This document shows positions 13,401 through 26,727 of a stretch of DNA of 64,000 nt, one piece after another. The stretch lies in contig CM082576.2 in NCBI GenBank assembly GCA_040954595.2, positions 20,623,114-20,687,113 of the forward strand, read 5' to 3'. The notes under the pieces were generated by a model that searched no databases, was not told the origin of the DNA, and saw only the letters and a program-made list of their open reading frames with translations. The DNA is from Balanoglossus misakiensis (taxonomy: Eukaryota > Animalia > Hemichordata). Within the stretch, counting starts at the first letter, position 1, and each line of letters starts with the position of its first letter. The translations under genes were made by a program, and so were the position numbers.

Positions 13401-16083
13401 TTGGGCACTTTCTCTTCATGGCAATTGAATTGTGTGGTAACTTCTCATTTCTAAAATTTCCCCAAGAGAAAAGAAAGGAAAAGGAAACAGAAATTTCATT
13501 TGTATGTCCGTGCAATTTAGGATAGGCACGAACTTGTGAGGAAGTGTACGAAGCTGGATGTTTTCATCACTCAAATATACAAGAGTTGCCTCTTAAAGAC
13601 TAGTGTCTGTAGAGATAATTGTGCATGTGAGGTAATCTCTCCTAAGGTGGTGCACACCTCTGAGTATTAAGTAAAAGAGACGTCCTTAATTATCCTTACT
13701 ATTTGGCTTGAAAAATCAATCTTACTAGGTGTTCTGATTAGAGAGGTGTCCATAAAGACAGGTTTTACTGTATTACCCAAAATAGAGACATTGTCCCTTC
13801 ATCATATACTTAATGCGTGTTCTGGGTATGGTTCCAGTATAATGCTTGTGTCAAAGGATTTTGTTGTGGTGCAGGAATCATCTTTGGTTGAGGTGTAGCC
13901 ATCTGCATTTCATGTGTTTTAAACTATTTTTTTTCTGATTGTCATTAACCCATGTGATCAGAATCCGTGTCAAAATGGAGGCTATTGTTCCAAAACACCA
14001 AATTCTTATACTGACTACACCTGTTACTGCCAGTAGTGTTGGACTGGGGCCATCTGTGCCGTAGGTGTGTCGAATTACTGTTTTATGACACAGCGTGGTA
14101 TATAAACCCTCATTTTTGGTATTCTCAATGTGATAGATGGACCCATACACCAATAAATGGGGTGGAAGCATTACTAAGTTTCATCCTTTCAAAATTTGCT
14201 GATGTAGGGTCAAAATTGAGTGTGAGGTGCATGTTAAAAAGGAAAGCCTTCTGTATCATGTTGATGGCACATTTTTTTAATTTTTCAAGATTCTTACAGA
14301 AAAATCCTAGCAATAGCATCATTATGTTAATATTTTAAATGTAAAGGTTTGAAACAAGGAATGAAGACATTGCTCACATATTTAAACGAAATGAACATCA
14401 CAAGTACATGTACAAGTTTTTGACAAGCAGGTAATTGATACTTTCATTTTTGTTTTGGCAGCCATTGATCAGTTATACCCTATGCCTTGTCAAAATGGTG
14501 GCACATGCGTTGCGTGAGACGGCTGTTTCCTGTTTGACTGTATGTGTACCGAATGCTTCACTGGTGCCACATGTACAATGCGTAAGTACTAACCAATATT
14601 ATTTTATTCAATGCAAAACACTTGTTATGTATTATATAATATAAGTACGGTACACATATTAAAGCCCTGGTAACTCAAACTTTGGGCTAGCTTAATGTTA
14701 TCACTATTTTTGTTTTCGGTTGCAACTGTGGTTTCTTGTCACACTCTAAAGGATTTCACAGCATTTGGTTTTTCAAAACAGCCCTTTGGTTGTTGTCATG
14801 TATACATGTACATGACTGTGGAGTGTAGTTTGTAGATTCTGTACTTTTGACAATATCTTGACTGCACATCCCACAGCTGTCAACCAGTGTCAACCCATCC
14901 AGTGTCAGAATGGTGGAAACGGTGTGCTGACGCCCAATTGGTGTACTGAATTCACATGCTCCTGTACAAGCTGTTACTCCGGCGATTTATGTCAGACATG
15001 TGAGTGATTTTAAATTTCAGATGAAGAGGAACATAATAACATAACACATAATCGGCTTGCAGTTGGTTTCTTCCAACCTGTATCAAACAGTGAATAACGA
15101 CACAATTTTGGGGAAATTTATTAAGAATGTGTGTGCCATAAAAGGGGATTGTGTATTTGACCAAACAACAACCTGCACCGTATGGTACACTAAGACACTA
15201 TTACACCTGTGTCAAAATTTCATTACGTTTCTTTTGTTGAACATGGAAGAAATTTGTCACAGTGATGTTCTGTTGACCAACTGAGATTTTTACCACTCAA
15301 CCCTGACTGCACAAATCTGTTTAAAGTATATGTAGTAAATATTAACTGTACACAATTTATATCACTTTCTCTTCTGTGCACAGATTTGAATCCGTGTCAG
15401 CCCAACCCTTGTCTAAACAGTGGATTCTGCCAGCAAGTGTCCTGCACCGAGTTCAGATGCCAGAGTTCGCGCTGTTTCATCGGAACCACGTGCGCTGAAC
15501 GTAAGCAAACCAGTGTCAGATTTGCCGCACAAAGTAGAAATCGCTGGGCTTTGTCATTGATATTGTCTCAATAAAGTTGCCTGTGATTGTGCAGCTAACC
15601 AAGAGACTTATATGCACTACCGTAGCCATGATGTATACTTTCATTGACTCAAATGCTCATCAGAGTAGATGTTGCTATTTTTCCAACCGTAAATTGAAAC
15701 ATCAGAAAGTTATGACATCAACTACCCCCACCCCCACCCCACCCCACCCCCAACTAGTAAATATTATAAGATGCTGTAATTATGATAAAGATGGTAGCAC
15801 CAAGCTTGGATCAAGTGGTCTTCATTATCCTTCACACATGAACATGATCACACGGATGTGCAATCTTCTGACAGTCTGCTACAGATTTCACTTCCCACTC
15901 AAGTGTGTAAGACCCTAATGTGATACTTTTCATTTCTCTCACCCTTAGCGATCAACCAGTGTCTTCTAAACCCATGTCTGAATAACGGAGTGTATCAGCC
16001 ACTTCAAGGCTCCTGCTCAATCTACACCTGCAACTGTCCAACCTGCTACACTGGGCAAACATGTGTTACATGTAAGTCACAAG

Positions 16084-17500
16084 TTTTTAGGTCCCATTCG
16101 TATGTACCATGGGACCTTATGGGATTGGTTACGTCTGTATGTATGGATGGATGGATGGATGGATGTATGTCTGTATGTCCGTCCACATCGAAAACTTGAA
16201 AACCGCAGCGCGTATGACCTCGATATTTGGCGTGTAGATGCAGGCAGGGCTGTAGATGGGAGTTTGTTCAAATGAAGATGTCATTGCCAAAAATATGCAA
16301 ATTAGCTGGGAAAATGTGAAATTGGTCAAAACTCAAAAACTGGACAACCACTGGTCATATTGATTTGAAAATTGGTATGCATGTACTTTATATCAACCTC
16401 ATACAATCCTGTATGTTTTGAGCTAATATTATCGATTTCCTATTTTTTTGCATTTTTTTGTATTTTTCCATGTTATTGGTAAAAAGTCTTTGAAATTTAG
16501 TATGAAGCCTCCTAATGTTGTCTAAGTAACCATAGTTTTGTTCAAATTGTTGCAAAATTTGCATATCTATAATTTTGAGCAATATTTGCCATTTTTGGTC
16601 AAAAAATGTTTTTCTTTAAAACCTCATGCCAGATTGCTTTCCAATTTGGTAGGCATGTTCGTAGGGGTAACCTAAATAATATGTTGTAAAAAAAAAAGAT
16701 ATTTGCATAAGTGTGTTATCGGGGAAACTTTTGCAATTTTTGTCAAAAATTGTTTTCTCTGAAACCGCTTGTCCTATTGCATTGAACTTAGGCAGCATGT
16801 TCCTTGTAGTGATTGAAGTAAGATATTGTACAATTTTGGTGATATTTGCATATTTGTGTTTTTGCCACTTTTGAACAAATATTTTCTGTGAAACTGCTTG
16901 TTGGATTGCTTTGAAATTAGTTTTTTCTCTGATTGCTTTGAAATTTAGGATATAATTTCATAACACATACCTGTATATGTGCAACTTTTATTCAATTCTG
17001 AGATCAGAAAGATTAAATATTTAGCGAGTTTTTTTGGTAAGTTTCTTAGTTTTTGGTTAGCAAATCTTCTCCTAAACAAATTGTCCAGTTGTTTTTAAAG
17101 TTACTATTTACAAGGAGTTGTTACCTCGAACAAAGACATGTTTACATAACTTAAATAGGCCAGCTGTTACAGAGACCACCAGCTATCAAATTTTAATTAC
17201 CAGTGGCAGGTCAGTGTGTATCTGTTCCAGGGCTGACTGAAAGAAGTTGCTTCGCATATGTGTTTGTACAGACAATTTTTGGTCATTTTTTTTTCTAGCA
17301 CCACTTGTAAGATTGCCATGACACATGACAGTTTATTGGGCATGTTCCTTGTTAATGTTTTTACATTCCATATTTCTATATGGTCAGATCATATCTGCTT
17401 GCAAATGTCACCTGTAATTTTTATTCTGGTGTGTCACTGTTTCCGCATAATCCTCAAATGTCATCAGATCTCCGAATGTGATGAAAACATTGTGTTTTGA
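16084..17500 (+). mobile_element. Helentron-associated (HINE/DINE-1-like) non-autonomous element
   Basis: T-run followed by the AGGTCCCA...TGGGACCT hairpin and a (GATG/GTAT/GTCY)n microsatellite. The 3' boundary is uncertain. Confidence 0.6.
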
Positions 17501-18599
17501 GTGTTTTTTAAATGACCTTTTGGGTTAAAAGTGGCAAAAATGGCAATTTTGTCTTGAAAGGGTTCAATAAGACTGACTTTTTTGGAATCAGCACCATTTT
17601 TTACATTGAATGGACTAGTCTGCTCAAACTTTCCTTACCAACAATTCTGTTTAATCTTCTGTAACATGTATACTAGTATACATGTAGCTGCCTGATAGTT
17701 TGCCCTGCGTGTGTAATTGCTGAGTGACATAACGCATTCTGTGATTGGTGCAGTCACGTAACCACCAATAAGATCGCTTGTTATAAGGTGAACTGCACGA
17801 CCTTTAACCGCATTAGCATACCTGATTTTTAGGGCTCGATATTACCTCTGAGGACGCAATATTTAAGTTGAAGTTTTTTTTCTTTTATCATATTAGAGCA
17901 AGAAGACTTGTTTTTATGTAAAAGAAATAAACCTTAATATACAGAGTGCATTTTGAAACGATAGGCAGGTCCGGCCCATAGCCTAATTCTTCATTTTTCT
18001 GTCATGCGTAGGAATTGATCAGTGCTAACAACCCGTGTCAAAATGGCAGCACTTGCCAACCCTAACCTCGTGTGGGGCATTGACGTGCACCTGCCAAGGA
18101 TGCTATACTGGGAGCGCTGTGAAAATTGTCAGTCAGTTTCCTTTGTCAAATTAATCAATATGTGTGGGACTGCTATACATGTATATAAAACAGAATACTG
18201 CGATGGAAAATTCTATAACTTAATGTTTCACTGGATATATGACTTAAAGTTAGCAGGATGCAGTGAATTCAACAGAAAGTGTAATTTCCTCTTGTGTGAG
18301 CTCTGTGCGACTGTGCCAATGAAAATCTCACCACAAACAAAAATGACAGGTATACACTGTATATTAGCAGCTTTGTCTCTGTAATAGCCATAGTGTTTTG
18401 AAGTTGAAAACTTGCAAAGTGTGCAGTTTTATTCACACTACAAAGGAAACATTGTTGAAACGGATTATCTGTGTACATTGTCAAACTGTACACTTGTCGC
18501 GAGATTTATTCTCAATTATATTATATCATGCTACCGTCCGCTATTCTGATTGGACGAGAGCTAAATCCAGCGATGCTAAAATACTCAATAATGCACTGC

Positions 18600-19814
18600 T
18601 GGCAGTGGTAAAACGGGCTTTCTGTTTGCCACATGGGTTTGTTCTTTAGGTTGTTGTATGTGTTTACACTCATCATGTTTATTGTAGAACCAGGGTCGAT
18701 CAGTGAGGCAACTGCTGTTTGTTCTATCTTCACTGTTACTTGAGGCCTCCTGCCATTTGATTGTTGTACAGTGAAGCAGTATTCATCTCCCGAGCTGTCT
18801 TCCACTTTATGCACAGCTTTGACAGTTTCATCCTTGTCTACCCTATTTGCCTTGCCTTTTGATCGGTAGCATTTGGCAAAATAGTTAGGTTTGCCACACT
18901 TCCTGCATGACTTGCCTTTAGCTGGACATACTGAGTCATGTGGATAGGTGCCACCACAATAATAACAAGTGGACGGTCCTTTCGCTGGCTGCTGATGAGC
19001 TCTCTTTTGTTTATTTGGTTTCGGGCGTTGGTGGCGCTGTTTTCTGACCGCATTCACAGATGCCGTATCTGCACCATAATTTTGGGTTTTCTCCTCAATC
19101 CCACTAGCCTGAACCTCTGATACCTCAAATGAACAGGCTGTACTCAGTAGATTATCTAGTGTCGTCTCCTCCCGAAGAGCACGACGTCTGAGACGGGCTG
19201 ATGTGAATCCTCGTATTATTTGTGATTTGACCTCTTGATCCCTATTGGTGAAGTCACATATGTTTCTGCTAGGCGTTGCAAACAACTGTGATAGGCATCA
19301 ATCGATTCGCCGTTGTTTTGTATGGTGTCTCTGAAGATAAATCGTTCGTATTCAATGTTCCGTTTGGGTGAGAAGTATGACCAAAGCTTTAATTTGGCTG
19401 TTTCACAGCTAGTTCCTGTATCTGGTAGAGTATCAAAGAAGTCGGAAACTTCCTCACCTGCCCAGTGCAATAGCAGTGCACGTTGTCGCTTGTCATCTGT
19501 AATGTTGAATGCGACAAATGCGTTTTCTACTCTAGCCATGTACTTTTTCCATCTCGTACTGGTGGTTGTCGGGTCTGAATGAACAGGAAAACTCGGCATT
19601 GACGGCTAGCTGATTCTCCATGTTCTCCGTCCTCGTCGCCAAATATAGAATCGTGGGTGGGCAATAATGACAACACGAGACACCAAGTCCGGCATGTAAG
19701 AGTGAGAGTGCCTAGCCTCGTTCACGCACTTTATTCATAATGACCCGAATGTTGCATTACGTCATTTTACAGAATGTATAAAGTATAGATGCTCACTAGT
19801 GTTTGGACACTACA
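18600..19814 (-). mobile_element. Truncated Gypsy/Ty3 LTR retrotransposon (5' LTR, PBS, gag, start of protease)
   Basis: The LTR at ~19644-19814 reads TGTAG...CTATA with AATAAA on the minus strand, followed by PBS TGGCGACGAGG. Gag has RALLLHWAG and ERFIF plus Zn-knuckle-like CYYCG...CPAKGKSCRKCGKPNYFAKC. A protease-like LIDPGS follows. No RT, integrase or 3' LTR. Confidence 0.9.
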
Positions 19815-19999
19815 ATATACATGTGACTGCAGTGTCTTTCCAATCATGAATTTGCAAGGTGTCCTTCGGAGAAAATCTTCTGATTTTTTTTTTCTGATTT
19901 GCTTTGCATATTTAACTTAATGATCTCATTTGTTGGAATTCCCTGTCTCAAATTTTTGATGATCAGTCTCTGCCCCATTGCTCATCGTCCCAACTTTCT

Positions 20000-20333
20000 G
20001 ATGATATATGGATGATAGATGGGATCAAATCTTTGGTCGTGTATTTGCTACAAATGGTAGGTATTGGTTCGTGATTGAGTCTTTGTGTTGTATATTTGGG
20101 GTGGCAGTGGTATGAGTTTGGATTTATGCCAATCTTTAAGTTAAGTGTTACTTGGGTTGCCGTTGAGCATTGATGGCTTGATAAGTGGGGCTAGGGTCAA
20201 TTTTGATTGGGTTTGGATTGTTTGGGCTATGATAGGTTGGGTTATGGCTAGGATTTGTGGTGGGTATAAGGTGTGGTGTAAGAGATGGAGGCATTATGGG
20301 GTCTGGTGAGGTTTTTGTGAAGGAGGCCATGGT
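20000..20333 (-). repeat. Ectopic fragment of the C-rich subtelomeric satellite
   Basis: Reverse complement of the monomer seen at ~39175-39510 and ~40340-40680. Confidence 0.92.
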
Positions 20334-22352
20334 GGCTGCAGAATTCAGGGCATGCTGTAGCGGTTGAATGCATGATGATGGTAAACCACAGAGTATTGCA
20401 TTGCAGTAGTCCAGTTTTGATGTGATTAGAGCATGAACCAGCATCTGGCAAACTTCCTTAGTGAGGTAACGGCGAATGTGGCTGATTTGACGCAGATGGA
20501 AGAAAATTGACTTGCAAATTGCATTAATGTGCTTATTGAAAGTGTAATTGTCGTCGAATGTCACACCTATATTCCGTGCAGAATTCACAATTTGAACACA
20601 ACATGATCCAATGCTCATGTGGTTTATGGGACGAGGCGAGCGGTTGAACTGAGACCTTATCAGGAGTACCTCGGGTTTGCCACCATTTAGTTGAAGTTTA
20701 TTATGTGTCATCCAGGTTTTTATTTCGTGAACTGCCCTTTCCATCTTGTCTAATGTACTTATGGTGTCTAACTGGAAGAAATATTGGTATAGTTGGTTGT
20801 CATCGGCATATTGGTGAAAATTGATGTTGTGGTGACAAATAAGTTGAGCAAGTGGTTGGATGTAGCTGCAGAACAAAAGTGGGCCAAGCACTGAACCGTG
20901 TGGTACTCCATATTGTAGATATTGAGGTTCTGACATTGTGCCATACAAACTGCTGTCTGTTCTTAAGATATGATGAGAACCATTGTAGTGGGATGTTGGT
21001 GATGCCCAGTTTTGATAATCTTGAGATGATTGTGTCGTGATCTATGGTATCAAACACAGAGGAGAGATCGAGGAGAACCATCAGTACACATTTACCGGCA
21101 TCCAGTGCCATACAAATATCGTTGTTGACTTTAGTAAGTGCTGTTTCGGTACTGTGATCCTTTCGGTACGCTGACTGCAGTGGTTCTTGTAGTGAGTTGG
21201 TAGTCAAATATGATGTCAGTTGTTGTGCTACAATCTTCCCGATTACTTTTGACAGGAAGGTTAGGTTTGAAACTGGTCTATAGTTCTTGAAAATGTTTTT
21301 GTCGAGCGAAGGTTTCTTGAGTATATTGGTGTGATGACTGCTATTTTAAGTTATTCAGGAACAGTTCCAGTTTTGAGTGACAAATTGATAATTGTGGCTA
21401 TGACAGTGAGCAGATTACCAAGACATTGCTTATCAAGTGCTGTAGGGATGAGATCAAGTATACGTGTTTTAGATGGAGACTGACGTGTTGGTTATAAGCT
21501 GATATGGCTGAGGAGAGGTCATTTGGAGGCTAGGACATTTGATGTATTTTGTCGAGATCATGGCTGAAACTATCAATTGAAATGGCAGGTACGACGATAA
21601 GATATTTGACGTCTACTGTGTGTTGGTTTCGGAAGAGCAAGTTTTGCATTGACAGGATTGTGATCAGAGAGTTCCAAGCAGTCTACAGAGACACTCTTGA
21701 TGTTAGACGCAGAGTTAGATAAGATGAGATCAAGAGTATGACCCTTTCTGTGTGTTGGTTGTTGGACCCATTGTTTCAGATTACAGGCGCTGATGATTCC
21801 ATTGAATTTCTGTGTTACTGGATTCTTATCATCTTCTAGGTGAATATTGAAATCTCCTACGATGAAGAGATTACTTGAGCAGGTGACATACTTCTCAAGT
21901 GTTGTACTGAACTCTTCCATGAACTGTGGTGCGGTGAATTTATTATTAACTGATGGTGGTGGACGGTAGACAAGAATTATTTTCATGGAAAGTTTCTGGT
22001 GAAGAATAGTTGCTTCCGCTGCCTCAAAAGATTTAACAGAGAGAATAGGCTTCCAAGCTGTTTATTTTAGTGCTAGCTTATGAATTTAAGCTAAGCCTCC
22101 ACCGATCTTGCAAACCCCAGGTAGATGTTTGACAGCATAGCCTGGTGGTGTACATTCAGCCATTACGTGTTCGTCACCAGATTCCTTCAACCATGTTTCA
22201 GTGAGTACAAGAATATCAATTTCTTTATCTGTGATGTAGTCTGCAATGTCTAATGATTTGCATCTAGCTGAGCGGACATTCCATGTAGAGAGTAGAAATT
22301 CACACGTATTGTGGAAAGGGTGGATCTTGAATACTGCATAGTCACTCTTCAA
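20334..22352 (-). mobile_element. L2/CR1-clade LINE ORF2 remnant (APE endonuclease plus reverse transcriptase), frameshifted
   Basis: Endonuclease motifs WNVRS, LTETWL, VYRPP, GDFNIH, HTLDL and SDH. RT motifs [40 protein letters not shown] and YADD. Confidence 0.95.
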
Positions 22353-23592
22353 TAGATATTTAGTGACTCGCTAACTGTTGCGATTCGTGTGTGTGTAATT
22401 TACGTACTTCAAGTTAAATATCGCAACTAGCTGTAATGTTTGACTAGGGGGAGCACCTATACTAATGCGAGTACCAGGGATTGAAAGTTGCACCTGTATT
22501 TTGATCCCTTAGTTACCCTTATAAGTACATTTGTAGTTTAATAACCATAGTTCTATTGCAAACCATTCTTTCCGTAGTTTCTTGTTTCAAATATTGTAAT
22601 CTGAATTTATTTTGATGTTTAACAGGTGTGATTATCTGTATTTGCGGCCATTTTGAAAAACAATTGGTTGCCATGGAAACTCTTCAACAGATATTTAGTG
22701 ACTCGCTATCTGAATTTGTTCAGTACACATTAACACACATCTGAGCCAAGTTTGGTGCTTTTATCACAAAATACACAATCGATATGAAAATTTGGGTTTT
22801 GGTGCTCCACTACCTAAGTAACATTAAGGATGTACGTTCAATAAAATGGAAAGTATTGTCATTTTTTTTAATTGTGGATTTTTTTATTCTCTTTTGTATG
22901 TATAATGAAAATCCGTAATAAAATATAGAGGTCACCGCGCCTGTTTTTGAAATACAGAGCCATGAAATTGGTCGATAATAGAAGAAATCTGCTGACTCAG
23001 CATTTTTCACCAATGGTTTGTTTGTCTATGGCCAAAATTCTTAATGCAATTTATCTCAAAAAAGAGCGCGGTGACCCCTATATTTTATTTGACCAATGAA
23101 TTTATATTTGCTGGACTGAGCTATGTGTAAAATTTCGAGAAAATGACAATAGTAGAAGTTTGTTTTCTGGCGATTATCAATGTAATCCTATGGGAAAAAG
23201 ACCGGACACGCAGTGTTTCCGGTTTATGTTCTGCACGTACATCCTTGATGAAGTTTGCTGGCTAGAGGGCTCCTAAACCTCCTTAATATTTGACGTCTTC
23301 ACTCCTACAGGACTGCGCAGCTGGAAGTTAAAGTTCAGCATGTTCTGAAGCATGCACGCTGTGTCCAGGGGTTTCATGTGTGGAACAGCCAGCCTCTCAT
23401 CACCAACACAATGCGGACTGGGATATTTTGCCAACAATGGAAGTATAGACTGTACGCCTTGTCCTGCCCCAGGTATAAGTGCCAATATGATGGTATGTCA
23501 GAGCCAGAGGTGTGTGAAGATGGATACTACACTAATATAGATGGTGAGTCAGCACTTAAAGTTTGGGCATTACTGTGTAATCTTTCACTTAA

Positions 23593-24098
23593 AGGCACGT
23601 AAGCTGTAACTTTTGGGATAATTTTCATAATTTTTGTTTAAAACTGCACTACCATTAGTCCATGCAGATGAAGGCAGTGAACTATACACAAGCATTATAA
23701 ACCCTAAATATGAGTGCATATGCAAGTTTTAACCAGATAAATAATAAAGCCTTGCCGCAAGCGATTATGGCCGCCACCGTGGGAAAATGCAAGAAACAAT
23801 GAAAATGTTGCATTTCCGGTTGTGAAACATCATAAACAAAACATGATCTCATCCACTTGAGCTCATGGAAGTAAATGTACACCACTGAGACATCAGATTT
23901 CCATTTTTCATTGCAATATTCCACTTTTTTAAAAATTGCAGGAATTTTCGTTTTTTCTTTAATTTTTGGCCATTGTGTCATAAATAAGTGTTGAGCTTGA
24001 TATATTGTCATGAAATATCATTTAATAGACATAATTAAAAGCATATATGAGATTATTTAAAACTTTAATTTTTTTATCCAGTTGCAGCTTACGTGCCT
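23593..24098. mobile_element. Kolobok-like non-autonomous transposon, copy B only
   Basis: TTAA|AGGCACGTAAGCTG...CAGCTTACGTGCCT|TTAA. The corresponding copy A site at ~6118-6130 reads cacttaggcgg. Confidence 0.88.
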
Positions 24099-26060
24099 TT
24101 AAGGCGGACGATCATCTTATGTGCATGTACGTAATTCTGTGCGTACAAACATTACGTCCAGTCCAAATATTCTGCCAATTTTACATCCAATGCATTCAAA
24201 TAGTGGACTGCTTCGCATTCATCCAGTTTTCATGTGCATCGTATAAGTAGACTTTTGTTTTGTCCCGTCTTTTCACCAAATTTGCTCTTTTCCAAATCTC
24301 CGACACAGACTATGATCGTCACGATCTTGTCTGTTGTTAGAACAGCACACTGCCGTATGGCATTGACTGTACACAGTTTCTGTTACCAATATCTCTGGAT
24401 TGGCATTTTCCTGTCCTCAATCTTTTGCCAGGGATTTTTGTCTCCCCAACCCGCGTGAGAATCCCACGTCTTTGAAGGTATGACTGTGACTATAAGATTC
24501 TATAAATCTCTGTTTATTTTCAGCACAAACATCATGTGCTGATTGCCCAGCTGGTAACCAATGTCCAAATGGTAACACTGTGATTTTATGCTCGGCTGGT
24601 TATTACAGTTTGGCCTTGGACAAAGGATGTCTCGCTGTACCTCTTGCATAACAGGTAAACTTCTACCCACCCACCTTTATTTCCAACATCAAACATTAGG
24701 TCAGGTAATTTACTAACTGAAAAATAGGATGGGATCATTTTCTATTTCTGTATTTAAAATTTACTGATATAATATATGAATGAAAAAATGACAATTTTTC
24801 CAAATTTGAATAGACCTCTATTTATGAAAATAATTAAAATTTGCACCAAATTTTTACAGTGGTATTAAAAGGTTAACTCGGTGAGTAAATTCTCTGTTTG
24901 ATTTACAGATCAGCTGGTGCTGAACATTGTACTATTTGTGAGCAAGGCCTGCATAGATCCCAGTGCATCGCAATTCAAGTGTACCAAGGGTTACGTGTCA
25001 TTGGCTGGTGCAACAAACTGTACCAGATGTACAAATGGTAAGATTGTGGTACTTGTTCAGTTTGCTGTGTGATGAAACTGAGGGGTATGTGTGTATGCAT
25101 GTATGTGTTTACAACAGATTTTCAAGTCAGTGCGACTGGGGGTATGTGTGTGTGTGTGTATGTATGTATGTGTTTACAACAGATTATCAACTCAGTGCGA
25201 GATCTTGCGAGACCCGGTTAGCCATGTGAGATCTCGCAGAGTCTTATGATATTCAGAAAATGGTTGATTAGAAATGACGTTTAATGTCCTCCAAAGAATT
25301 TTCTACATGCCTGTATACTTGTCTCAGAATTATGAAGTGAATCATCTCAAGTAATTTGTTATTTTAAATGACACTGTATCACAAATACATCACTAAAAAC
25401 CTCATTTTCTTCAATCAGATGAAATAAGTGAGGAGCCTGCACGCACATCCTGTCTTCTGTGCCCTGCTGGACAATCGTGTTCAGATCCAATGTAAGATCC
25501 GCTCGACTGTGGCAATGGTGAATATGCTATGGAAGGCGACGGCACATGCACGCCTTGTCCTGCGGGATCCAAGTGTCCAACCATGTCACCCGTAGTTGAT
25601 TGTTCAACAGTTACTGGTAAGTTGGGCTGCAAATCACTCTTGTGACTTCCCTGTGTTATAGCATGGCATACATAGAAAATTAAACTGTTATGCTTATTGG
25701 AGATGATATTGTGATGCACTTTGAAAAACACAATGATTCCACTGAAGAGGTATTGTACAGTTAAACCTGTGATTACGGACATCTCTCTAATAAGGGATCG
25801 TTGGACCAAACCATGGTGGTAAAAATCGTTCTTTGAATTTTTTCTGTGATAGGTTCATACTCGCTAGGTTCGGCCACGTCCTTCTGGTTATGAATGCACA
25901 ACTACAAGTGTCACACAGTGCGCTACAGGGCAGTAAAGTGCTGAAGGAGGTAAGTATTGAAATCCCTTTTCTTCTTGTCTCGATTTGAACATGGTTCCAC
26001 AAGTTGTTTACATCACTTGTAGTTTTACATATTTTTTGAGGTCAACAGCTAGCTATACAT

Positions 26061-26727
26061 GGTGTCCTGAGAAGTCAACCAGTATGAGAAGTCGGTCTCG
26101 GCCAGTACGAGAAGTCGGCCTGTGGGAGAGAACCCTGGTACTTTGTGTTATATATAACTGTTTCACTACGAAATGTTTCCTTGATGTACAGGAGCTGAGA
26201 TATTTGTACAAATAGCCGATGAATTTTAAAACTGTCTGTTCACTTTTCATGTACGTCACCGGGGTACGTCAACATCAGTCACTTGCACTTCTTGAGCTGC
26301 GCCAGTAGTCTGTTCCTTGTCACGTTTGTTTGTTTGTTTGTTTGGTGTTGTCTCAGAAAGTATGAATATACACATACATCTTCTATGTATTTTAGTAGGC
26401 TTTGAAACAACTCCCTTTAATCAGAAATGTCACAGGAATTTGGCGAACAAGCTAAGCTCCTTACGCGGATACGAGGCTGGGGAACCGGTATGGATGCCAG
26501 ATGCCATTATTTGAAATGACGTCATTGTGTTGTCAAGAATTTGGGAAATCCGTCCAAATGAAAATATTTAGTGCAATTATATTTTAATAAGTGTTGTTAT
26601 AAGTAATCTGGGTCATTACTGCACTATTCGGGTACAAGTTCAACAACTGGCCAACTTCTCATACTGGCCGACTTCTCATGCGCGCGTACTGGCCGACTTC
26701 TAATCTGGCCGACTTCTCATGTATTCC
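26061..26727. mobile_element. Copy-B counterpart of the 7964-8620 TIR element
   Basis: Same termini and tatacat flanks. Confidence 0.8.

Larger units (their letters stand above)
9428..18127 (+). pseudogene. Copy A: about 13 single-EGF exons (Notch/fibropellin-like tandem EGF protein), partly decayed
   Basis: Exons at ~9428-9557, 9795-9917, 10695-10817, 11372-11487, 12302-12424, 12737-12853, 13245-13367, ~13943-14064, 14462-14581, 14877-14999, 15384-15500, 15949-16071 and 18012-18127. Most are 117-123 bp and phase 1, e.g. NQCPPNPCQNGGFCQPARNSCFDLTCICTGCYKGDRCE. Several carry stops, frameshifts or lost splice sites. Confidence 0.85.

Noticed and set aside
5843-18127. Assignment to Notch, SVEP1, SCUBE or fibropellin
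   Set aside because: No LNR, ankyrin, CUB, sushi or avidin exons were seen, so only repeat types can be supported.
18380-18520. Candidate 3' LTR of the Gypsy element
   Set aside because: It does not match the 19644-19814 LTR beyond a short acactaca motif.
20334-22352. Telomere-specific retrotransposon (TRAS/SART/HeT-A-like) or telomerase RT
   Set aside because: The motifs are ordinary L2/CR1, the element is broken, it lies ~38 kb from the telomere and it is not inserted in TTAGGG.
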